From: a bacterium
GTDB taxonomy: Bacteria; Patescibacteriota; Microgenomatia; Curtissbacterales; GWA2-41-24
Assembly (NCBI GenBank): GCA_021813945.1
Contig: JAKAJD010000003.1
Span: 109,193-173,192, forward strand
Reading direction: 5' to 3'
DNA: 64,000 nucleotides
Shown here: piece after piece, positions 43,870 to 52,600 of the stretch
Numbering within the stretch: position 1 is the first letter of the stretch
Layout: each line of letters starts with the position of its first letter
The notes under the pieces: generated by a model
The model's input: the letters and a program-made list of their open reading frames with translations, nothing else
What the model was told of the DNA's origin: nothing
Database searches by the model: none
Made by a program: the position numbers and the translations under genes

Positions 43870-44529
43870 ATGCCAGTTGATCCGGAAGGAGCAGGTTTAA
43901 CGGAAAAAGATATGGGGTTCACCCCAGTCGATTCAGGTGATCGAGCTGATGCAGCGTTGGTGCAGGGAATTGATGCAGACGTAAAGTCAAAAGATACTAC
44001 ACTTTTGACACCAGAGCAACAAAGGGTTCAGGTGTTGATGGATAAAGTTAATGCCGCAAACGATGAACTAGGTGGGGAACTTGTCGTTAACGTTCCGATG
44101 AAAGACGGTTCCACAACGTTGTTATTCGGTACAGTGGCTAATGTCGCTCATGCCTACTACGGTTACGACCGTGGAATAGCATTCGGTGTTAATTCTGTTA
44201 GTGGAATGGTGCGTCTTTCAGGTGAGACCAACAAGAAGTTTGTTGGTCCCGGTGGATGGGGTGTTAGTCCAGCCCCTGAAGGCTTGCAGTTGGACAGTCA
44301 GGATCTTACTGCTGTTTCGGGTCGGGGAGTAGAGCACTGGATAAATGCCTTTGAGCATACAAAAAATAACAAATTAGGTAGCGAACAAGCGATGGAGCGA
44401 ATTGCTCAAAAAAAGGTTAATGATCTCGATCGGGCAATAGCGGTTGCTTCCAAACCAATTGATGTTAGCGGAGCCAGAACGGCAGAAACTGCGGCGGCAA
44501 CACCGGTTGCAGTGGGTGCAGGGAAGTAA
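43870..44529 (+). CDS. hypothetical protein
   Basis: 219-aa ORF; TACAAT 5 nt before ATG; own terminator. Confidence 0.7.
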   Translation: MPVDPEGAGLTEKDMGFTPVDSGDRADAALVQGIDADVKSKDTTLLTPEQQRVQVLMDKVNAANDELGGELVVNVPMKDGSTTLLFGTVANVAHAYYGYDRGIAFGVNSVSGMVRLSGETNKKFVGPGGWGVSPAPEGLQLDSQDLTAVSGRGVEHWINAFEHTKNNKLGSEQAMERIAQKKVNDLDRAIAVASKPIDVSGARTAETAAATPVAVGAGK

Positions 44530-44545
44530 TTTATTCTTCAGGTTT

Positions 44546-44578
44546 ATTTAGCTCAACTTCGGTTGGGTTTTTTAATGG
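44546..44578 (+). terminator. intrinsic terminator, near-copy of the 5S terminator
   Basis: AGCTCAAC-TTCG-GTTGGGTT followed by a T-run. Confidence 0.8.
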
Positions 44579-44680
44579 TTTGCACTTTTTTTATCTTCTG
44601 AAAACTGATACAATACAGGCCATCAGATACAGATTGTTAGATCTTTGACTGAAATTTTAAAGATTAGGAAGTGATTATGG

Positions 44681-45775
44681 TTGGCGAAATCATCTCAAGA
44701 TACATCTAAAACGCAATCTTTTGCGGCTCTTTTTGAAGCATCCCAGAAAAAAGTTACAGCGCTAAGGCGAAACCAGGAAGTAACCGGTAAGGTTGTTTCC
44801 GTTTCACCGCAGGAAGTTTTAATTGATATCGGTGCCAAAAGTGAAGGAATCGTTTCCGGGAGGGAACTTTCGGCGGTTTCAGACTTAGCTTCTAAGCTTG
44901 CGGTTGGCGACAGTATCGAGGCAACCGTACTTTATCCGGAAAACGATGCAGGGCAGGTTGTACTTTCTCTGCGAAAGCTTTCCGGGGAAAAGCGCTGGGC
45001 GGAACTTGAAGAAAAGAAGGAAAATTCCGAAGATATCGAAGTTGTGGCCCTAGAGGTTAATCGTGGGGGTGTTATCTGTGACTATTTGGGGATCCACGGA
45101 TTTTTGCCTTCATCACAACTCACAAAAGCCCCGGCAAAACTTACGGATTTAATCGGAAAGGGCCTGACAGCTCGGGTTATTGAGGTTGATCGGAATTCCA
45201 ATAGGTTAATTCTTTCCCAAAAGTCGCCAAACAAAAAGGATTTGGAAGCGGTTTTGAAACTCCTTGCCAAGGTTAGTATTGGAGATAAGGTCAGCGGCAT
45301 TGTTTCTGCCGTTTTGCCGTTTGGAATATTTGTGGAGATAGAGCTTGGCGAAGAAAAAGGTAAAGTAGAAGGTTTAGTGCACATTTCGGAGCTTTCGTGG
45401 GAGAAGATAGAGGACCCGGCCAAGTTTTTCAAAGTCGGGGATAAGGTTGATGTTTTGGTAATTGCCAAAGACGAGGCAACGGGAAGACTCAATTTGAGTA
45501 TAAAACAGCTTCAAGAGGACCCGTTTATGAAGGTTTCGGAAAAGTACACAAAGGATTTGGAAGTTTCCGGAACTGTGGCTAGAGTGACACCTTTTGGGGT
45601 TTTTGTGAGCCTGGCAGACGGCATTGAAGGTCTAATCCATATCTCTAAAATTCCGCCAAATGAAAATTTTGAAGTGGGCCAGAAAGTAGACTGCAGCGTT
45701 GAGGCAGTCGACACAAAATCGAGAAGAATTGCGCTTGTTCCTGTGGTTTTAGTGAAACCGATTCTTTATCGATAA
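44681..45775 (+). CDS. rpsA: 30S ribosomal protein S1 (four S1 domains)
   Basis: DIGAKSEG, FGIFVE, EGLVHISELSW and EGLIHIS motifs. Confidence 0.9.
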   Translation: MAKSSQDTSKTQSFAALFEASQKKVTALRRNQEVTGKVVSVSPQEVLIDIGAKSEGIVSGRELSAVSDLASKLAVGDSIEATVLYPENDAGQVVLSLRKLSGEKRWAELEEKKENSEDIEVVALEVNRGGVICDYLGIHGFLPSSQLTKAPAKLTDLIGKGLTARVIEVDRNSNRLILSQKSPNKKDLEAVLKLLAKVSIGDKVSGIVSAVLPFGIFVEIELGEEKGKVEGLVHISELSWEKIEDPAKFFKVGDKVDVLVIAKDEATGRLNLSIKQLQEDPFMKVSEKYTKDLEVSGTVARVTPFGVFVSLADGIEGLIHISKIPPNENFEVGQKVDCSVEAVDTKSRRIALVPVVLVKPILYR

Positions 45776-45869
45776 TCCCAAGTAGAATCAATACTTAAAG
45801 GACAAGCGAAGGCTTGGCCATACTAGTTTGTGTTAAAAAATGAAAAATTTGAGTTATTTTGTATGTCAG

Positions 45870-45894
45870 CCCTTCGGCTGCGCTCAGGGTAAAC
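45870..45894. repeat. REP-like family B copy
   Basis: CCCTTCGGCTGCGCTCAGGGTAAAC (reverse complement GTTTACCCTGAGCGCAGCCGAAGGG). Confidence 0.65.
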
Positions 45895-45901
45895 AGTTAT
45901 T

Positions 45902-47362
45902 ATGAGAAATCTGACAGAATTTGTTTGCCAGCAATGTGGATATAAATCACCTCAATTCTTGGGTAAATGCCCCGAATGCGGTGAGTGGAATAGCCTCGTC
46001 GAATCTATAGATTCGACTCAAAGTCAAAAGTCAAAAGTCAAAAGTCAAAATTATGGAGAAGAATTAATAAAGCTTTCGGAGGTTAAATCGCAGAAGTTTG
46101 CCAGAATTCCAACAGGGTTTTCGGAATTTGACAGGGTTTTGGGTGGAGGAATAGTTGCCGGCTCGATAGTTCTCATTTCCGGAGATCCGGGAATCGGCAA
46201 AAGCACCCTTCTTTTGGAAACGGCGATGAGGATAGCGGGCTCTCGGGGTCCTGTCACCGATTTCCCTCCCGCCGGTGCTCGTTCGGGTGGTAAATCGAAA
46301 CGAAATCAGTCAAAAACTTCCGAATTGCGCGCTGCCGGGGGCCCTTCCATCGGTGCCACCCCTCAGGTTGACCAGGGTTCTGTCCTTTATGTTTCAGGTG
46401 AAGAGTCGGCGCAACAAGTCAAAATCAGGGCTGATCGAATCGGCAAAATCCCGGATAATTTGTATATTTTGCCGGAAACAGATGTCGATGTTGTGGTTGG
46501 AGTTTCCGAAAAACTTTCCCCGAAACTTATGATTATTGATTCTATCCAAACGCTATTTTCAACCAGACTCACCGGTTCTGCCGGAAGTGTGGGACAGCTT
46601 CGGGAATGCTCACAGATTTTACAAAGGCACGCAAAGCGTACAAATACGCCGGTTTTTATTGTCGGGCACGTGACCAAGGAAGGCAGCATTGCCGGGCCAA
46701 AGGTTTTGGAGCATTTGGTAGACGCAGTTTTGAATTTGGAAGGCGACGAGATGCATGCTTTTCGGATCTTAAGATCAAACAAAAACAGGTTCGGGTCGAC
46801 TTTTGAGGTTGGAGTTTTTGAAATGCAGGATGTGGGAATGGTGGAGGTAGCTAATCCTTCACAAATATTTTTGGCGCAGCGAATTGCCAGAAAAGCGGGA
46901 AGTGTGGTCACTTCGACTGTTGCCGGCGGAAGGCCGCTTCTTGCAGAAGTACAAGCCTTGGCAACACCGACAATTTTTGGGATTCCGGCAAGAAGAGTTA
47001 CGGGCTTGGATTTTTCCAGAATGCAGGTTGTTATTGCGGCAGTTTCCAAAGCGGCAAAGCTGGCGCTTGGCAATCTGGATATATATTTAAATGTAGCCGG
47101 CGGTTTGAAGATTGCGGAGCCTGCATGTGATTTGGCGGCGGCTTTGGCTATAGTTTCAGCGGTTGACCAAAGGCCGGTCCGCGACGGAGTCTGTGCTTTT
47201 GGTGAAGTTGGCCTTTTAGGGGAGCTTCGAACAGTCGGCAACATTAAAAACCGGATTGCAGAAGCTAAACGTTTGGGATTTTCCGATTTTGTGACAAGCG
47301 AAAAGTTTAAGACTTTGGAAGAAGCTGTTTCTTATGCTTTGGGAGGTGCAAATGAGGCCTAA
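45902..47362 (+). CDS. radA: DNA repair protein RadA/Sms with internal insertion
   Basis: C4 zinc finger, GDPGIGKST, YVSGEES, KNRFG and GEVGLxGE motifs. Confidence 0.96.
   Translation: MRNLTEFVCQQCGYKSPQFLGKCPECGEWNSLVESIDSTQSQKSKVKSQNYGEELIKLSEVKSQKFARIPTGFSEFDRVLGGGIVAGSIVLISGDPGIGKSTLLLETAMRIAGSRGPVTDFPPAGARSGGKSKRNQSKTSELRAAGGPSIGATPQVDQGSVLYVSGEESAQQVKIRADRIGKIPDNLYILPETDVDVVVGVSEKLSPKLMIIDSIQTLFSTRLTGSAGSVGQLRECSQILQRHAKRTNTPVFIVGHVTKEGSIAGPKVLEHLVDAVLNLEGDEMHAFRILRSNKNRFGSTFEVGVFEMQDVGMVEVANPSQIFLAQRIARKAGSVVTSTVAGGRPLLAEVQALATPTIFGIPARRVTGLDFSRMQVVIAAVSKAAKLALGNLDIYLNVAGGLKIAEPACDLAAALAIVSAVDQRPVRDGVCAFGEVGLLGELRTVGNIKNRIAEAKRLGFSDFVTSEKFKTLEEAVSYALGGANEA
46245..46362. mobile_element. 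in-frame palindromic (MITE/RPE-like) insertion in radA
   Basis: GGGGT..CACCGAT / ATCGGTG..ACCCC ends; GC-rich; about 40 extra aa between Walker A helix and VLYVSGEES. Confidence 0.6.
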
Positions 47363-48281
47363 ATCCTTCCTAAGGCTGGCCCTTTTTATCGTCTTTGGCT
47401 TTATCGGAGCATATGTTGCCCGAAGCGGAACGCCGCCGGAGATATTTGCAATAACAGGCGCCTATTTCATGCTGGCTGCGGTTTTAGCGTTTGCTACACT
47501 CGGCTTTATTTTGCCTGATGTTTTGGAGCTTGCCGGAAGGGCAGGAATTGCAGTTTTAGCTCGGCAAATTGCGGAACTTATTCAAAGGTCGGGATCTGCT
47601 TCGCTTTCTGCTTCCAGATTCCCATTTAGGAGGAAGAAAAATTCAAATAATTCTGCGTACGTTAATCCTCTTCTCGTTGATACATCTTCTCTTATAGACG
47701 GTCGAATTTTGGAAGTTGTCGAGACTGGATTTTTATTCGGTACGCTTCTTGTTATGCCATCTGTTATTGATGAACTGCACAAGCTTTCGGATAGCGCAGA
47801 TCCTCTAAAACGCAAGAAAGGTAGGCGCGGTTTGGATGTTTTGGCTAAGTTGAAAAAGGAGAAAAAAACTAAATTGGAGATTTTAAAATCTGATCCAAAA
47901 GAAAAAGATGTCGATGCAAAGTTGGTGGCGCTTGCTAGAAAACTCAAGGCTAAAATACTGACTGTTGATTACAATTTGAATAAAGTGGCCAATATTCGGG
48001 GAATTGCTATTTTAAACATGAATGAGCTTGCCAGCGCCGTTAAGACGGCTGTTATGCCTAAAGACGTTTTGGATATAGTGATTTTAGAAAAGGGCCGCGA
48101 AAGAGATCAGGGCGTCGGCTATTTGCCAGATGGCACGATGGTGGTCGTTGAAAAAGGTGCCCCACTTGAGGGAAAAAGCACACAGGTCGAGGTTCAACGG
48201 GTCTTTCAGACAGCAGCCGGGAAGATGGTATTTGCCAAACTTGCCAAATGGGTTTCAGACATTCCCATATCTAACATCTAG
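47352..48281 (+). CDS. PIN/TRAM-domain membrane protein (YacL-like)
   Basis: DTSSLIDGRI, GRRGLD and QGVGYLPDGTMVVVE motifs; follows radA. Confidence 0.9.
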   Translation: MRPKSFLRLALFIVFGFIGAYVARSGTPPEIFAITGAYFMLAAVLAFATLGFILPDVLELAGRAGIAVLARQIAELIQRSGSASLSASRFPFRRKKNSNNSAYVNPLLVDTSSLIDGRILEVVETGFLFGTLLVMPSVIDELHKLSDSADPLKRKKGRRGLDVLAKLKKEKKTKLEILKSDPKEKDVDAKLVALARKLKAKILTVDYNLNKVANIRGIAILNMNELASAVKTAVMPKDVLDIVILEKGRERDQGVGYLPDGTMVVVEKGAPLEGKSTQVEVQRVFQTAAGKMVFAKLAKWVSDIPISNI

Positions 48282-48514
48282 CAGCCAAAATTTGCTTACG
48301 TGTGTGTAACTTTCTATATCTTTTAGCTTTATACACTGCGCTTTAAACGGCTCTTTTTGATAAAGATAGGCCAAGGTGTATCTTCGGAAATCATGACTTG
48401 TTAATTTCTCGATTAGATTATTGTGCTAGTCTAAAAGGGTTAATGTTGTCAAAAAAAATAACTACAGGATATGGAATTTAAGCAAGCAATTTTACTATCG
48501 GGCATTAAAAGGAC

Positions 48515-48624
48515 TTGACAAGAATTATAGAGGGTGCTAAATTCTTAAGGCAGGCTGAAAGTTACATCTATAGAGATATGGATGTTTAAAAAGCAGAAGC
48601 CTATTTCACATAGGCTTTTGTTTT
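48515..48624 (+). ncRNA. candidate small RNA (promoter, hairpin, terminator)
   Basis: TTGACA-17-TAAATT; hairpin ACATCTATA/TATGGATGT; terminator 48590-48624. Confidence 0.35.
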
Positions 48625-48775
48625 AGAAAAGACCACGTTTTTCCCAAAAGGAGAGATCTGGGATTTTTAAAACCTATTTGTTTTTCAAAAAGAAATCAAT
48701 AGGGAAAACAAGATAAGAAAAGAGCATCACTACCGCAGACTGAAACTCGAATAGCAATGCTCTTTTGAGGTGTAA

Positions 48776-48814
48776 GGGAAGCGACTTAGGGCAGCTAAGT
48801 TGCTTTCCTTTTTT
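48776..48814 (+). terminator. terminator-like hairpin
   Basis: GGGAAGCGACTTAG/CTAAGTTGCTTTCC followed by T6. Confidence 0.6.
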
Positions 48815-48978
48815 ACATTAGAACATCTTTACAACCCTTGTCAAGGGGTAATGTCAAATTGGTTCTATTTAGCCTCAAATTGCCTCCATTTTTCTTCCAG
48901 AACAAGCTATTATGAGTAGAAAATTTATCCAATAATTTTGGCGTTGTGAAAATGCGGTTTTGGGTCATTATTATTGTT

Positions 48979-49117
48979 AAGGACAGGCCTTCTTATATGC
49001 AATTTTTAATTTTAAATTTAAAATTTTAAATTTTCTGCGTCCTGTCCTTTAATCCAAGTTTTGGTACCGCCAAATCTGTTGATAAGTTAAACAATCGCGG
49101 TCTTAAGGTCAGGCCTT
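48979..49117. repeat. REP-like family A copies
   Basis: AAGGACAGGCCTT at 48979, partner CCTGTCCTT at 49041, AAGGTCAGGCCTT at 49105. Confidence 0.6.
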
Positions 49118-49263
49118 TTTCTAAGATTTTGCTTAAGCGAAGACTTGCCAAGTGGTTCCTCTGATGTAAGCTATAAAGCCCTATGTCAGCCTTTGCCTTC
49201 GGCAAATCTGACGTAAGACGTAACTAGATTTCCTTATTTTAAGGAAGTTATGTCTTATAGTAC

Positions 49264-49292
49264 TTGACAAGGTTACTTAGTTAGTGTAAAAT
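49264..49292 (+). promoter_or_regulatory. sigma70 promoter for the DUF5663-like/giant GT pair
   Basis: TTGACA-17 nt-TAAAAT. Confidence 0.7.
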
Positions 49293-49336
49293 GCTCGACC
49301 TATAACTGGTTTTCTGTCCAGTTCCAAAGAAAATAA

Positions 49337-49663
49337 ATGACAAACATGCCCAAAAATAAGCACGTTTCGAGGGAAGTTCGCGAGTTTGTTTATGGTTTGA
49401 TGCAAGAGGCTGATCTTGATATTTTGCCTCCCGATTTGTGCCAAAAAATTTATAACGAGTTGCTTATTCGTTTAGATGCCAAACTGACAATAGCAGCAGT
49501 TGGCGCATTACCGGACGACAAGGTAAGCCAATTTAAAAAACTGCTTTCGGAAAATAAAACCACATCTCAAGTTTCCAATTTCTTAAATGAAAATATTCCC
49601 AATGTTGGGGAGGTTTATGCTACGGCGTTTTCAGATTTCAGAAAGGTTTATTTAGGAAAATAA
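49337..49663 (+). CDS. small helical protein (DUF5663-like)
   Basis: 108 aa, helical, FLxxNIPN pattern. Confidence 0.6.
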   Translation: MTNMPKNKHVSREVREFVYGLMQEADLDILPPDLCQKIYNELLIRLDAKLTIAAVGALPDDKVSQFKKLLSENKTTSQVSNFLNENIPNVGEVYATAFSDFRKVYLGK

Positions 49664-49664
49664 C

Positions 49665-52600
49665 ATGGCAATTGATCAAGAAAGAGTAAAAAACCATATT
49701 ATTAGCGCTGAGGTTACCGGCGATACGCTTAGGATTAATGCTGTTCCGCATATAGTAACTGAGTCAGAGGAAAGCCGCAGGAAAAACCGGGACGTTTTGG
49801 CGGACAGGGCAACAATTGCAGGTGCAGCCGAGCGCGGTTTTTTTGGCAGAATGTGGTATGGGTTAACAGAAACTTACCAACGCTTAAGAAGAAGGGATGC
49901 TTTACGGGAACTCCATGATAACGGCAATGACATAAATTTAGGATCAGCAGCACTTGATCGAGCAAAAGATCAGGTCAGGGAAATGGTTGCCCAGGAAAGG
50001 GACGAAATCACCGCCACTGCAATTTCTAGAAATGTTAGCAACGACATAGGTCGTGGTGACATGACTCATGTATTAGATGAGGAAACTGCAGGGACTGAGC
50101 GAGATGAGGAGATTATTCTTTGGGCACGGTCAATTATTTCCGAATACGCGACAGGCCAAATTGACCAAGCCAGGATGCAGGAGCTTTCGGAAAACTTATC
50201 TTGTGAACTACGGGATGCATTGCCGGATCTTTTTGCAAAAACAACGATCGGTTCCGATTTGGTTTATATTGCTGAATCAGCCCGAGATGCATATGTGGCC
50301 AATCAGGAAAGAATTAAAAATTTAGACTTGGATTTGCAGATTTGTTTCGGACGGGTTGATGCCGGTATGGCAACTGCCGAAAAAAGAGATTTTGCAGACA
50401 AGATTGTTGATTGGTCTCAAGGAGGAAGGGCAAGGGCAGTTTTGGTGAACCCTTTTACTATTGGAGCCACCGCAAGTGCGGTAGCTTTTGGTGCTAAAGC
50501 ACCTTTTAAGAGCGTTCCGGTAATTGGTGGTATCGCTGGCGGTGCTTTTGCGGCTGTAAGGCGCTGGTCTAAAGAAAACAAAGATAGGGATTTAAGGATT
50601 AGGGAAGAAGAAATTGGCTATGAGATTCCGGAGCCTGCACAACACGCTGGTGTAGAGAGGGTTCTTTCGGGACTTGTTGGCCAAACAGATTTTAGGAAGA
50701 CTTCTTACCAACCTAGGTCCGCATTAGAAATGAGGGAAGAATTTGAAAGGCTTTCCAGCGCTGATGCTGCGGAAAAGGGAACACAAACATGGCAGGAAAA
50801 CGCTTTAAACTTGCTTGCAGATACTTCTGTTAGACTAGATGTTTCTGATGGCACTGCCGGTTTAATTCGGTATGGTCAAAGGCGTGACGCAAACGGACAA
50901 GTTGAAGTTAGCGGCATTTCAACAATAAACCAGGACAGGCTGGCTTTGATTTTAGCTGCCAGGGAAACTCAAAGGCAGTTAGTCGGCGAAATCGGCCAAA
51001 ACGATTTTGATACTAGGTATGAAGCTGTTGAGAGTCGTATTTTAGAGGAGCTTGAAGGGTGTATCAAAAAAGCAGATTCTAATTTTCATAAAAGTAGGGC
51101 TTTGATGAGTTTTCGTTCGGGCCTATTTGGAGCCGGGGTTGGTATAACGGGCGGATTTGCAATTCATGAAGTAGGGGAAGGAATCGAACATGTTTCCAGA
51201 AGAGTAGCAGATGTATTTCATCAGGCTCATGAACAAAGAGTTGTTACTGACCAGAAGGATGTTTCTCTGGGCCATGGAAATGTGATCAATGCCGATGCTA
51301 CAGCTGCCGGCCATCAAGGTCTACAGGTTGATGTTGCTTCCGGTGTTAATGCCCATTTTGATGCAGCAAAGCACACTCTTTCGGTTGATGTGCCGGCAAA
51401 TGGGGCGGATGCTGCCAAACATTTTGATATTGCTTATCAGCCTGGTATGAATGCAGACGAGATCCATGCTGCACTTGTTAAAGCCGGCCTTGACGGTAAA
51501 GTTGACATTTTACATTCGGCTGGTGTCCCTCATTTAAGTACAGAAGATATTTTAAGGCAGGACTATTTGGCACAGCATCATTTAGTCGATGTCACAAACC
51601 AACCGCACGGGATAGATTTCGGCCACGCACAATTTTTGGGTGATAAGCATGAATACAACGAACTGACGCTCTACCAGCAAGATGCAACGCATTGGTCAAT
51701 GGGCCCGCACGGTTTGGACGGATCGGCCCTTAAACCTTTTGTTTACAAAAATGAGCCTGCATGGCCTGACCCATCTATTGCCGCGAACGCACCAGTTAAC
51801 CCTGATTCATTAGTTGCTTTTTACCAAATAACGGATAGCCACGGCCAGCTTCATACCATTTTGGCACCCCAGAATGGCGGGCATTTTACCTTGCCGCAGG
51901 AGTTTGTTGATCCGGCAACCGGCAAAGTGGACGGAGTTTCCATCATAGGCTACGGCATGGTTAAAGACGCGCATGGAAAATTGATTGACGGAAACCAGGT
52001 TATTGCTCATCCGGAGCTTATGAACGGTGCAACTTTGCATTCGATGGCTTCGGTGCCTTTAGAGCAAAAGGGTCACATGATTTCGCAAAATTTATCCACA
52101 GTCAAAATTTCTGATTTAACCGCACATGTTACAGGGCAACACACGGAAACAGTTGAGGCTTCAAATAAATTTGTTTTTGACATTCCGCCAATTGCAACGC
52201 CTTTTGCGCCAAGGCTGTTTCCTAATATAGCGGAACCTCCAGTACCACCGGAGCCGCCATATTATGCACCAGGCGAAGGTTATCAGAAGTGGATTGAATC
52301 TAGAGATCTAAACCGTACGAAATATATTAAATCTGATTCTGGAATTTGGGTTGATCCTGAGGGCAATCCGGTTGTACGCGATGTGGCGAGAGAAAGGCAA
52401 GAAGTTTCTGATTATTTATCTTCTCAGGAAGATAGTTACAGAGAAGAACTGAATTCTGTTGCTGACAGTTTACCTGAGATGTCAGATGAAGCAAGAGTTG
52501 TAATTTGTATTCCAGCAAGGATGGAAGAAAAGAATATCAAGAGATTGCTTGATATGTATACGAGGCAAGTTGGCCAGGACGGCTTGCCACTTGATCCATC

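Noticed and set aside
46387-47244. 285-aa minus-strand ORF
   Set aside because: Antisense mirror of radA with no recognisable motif
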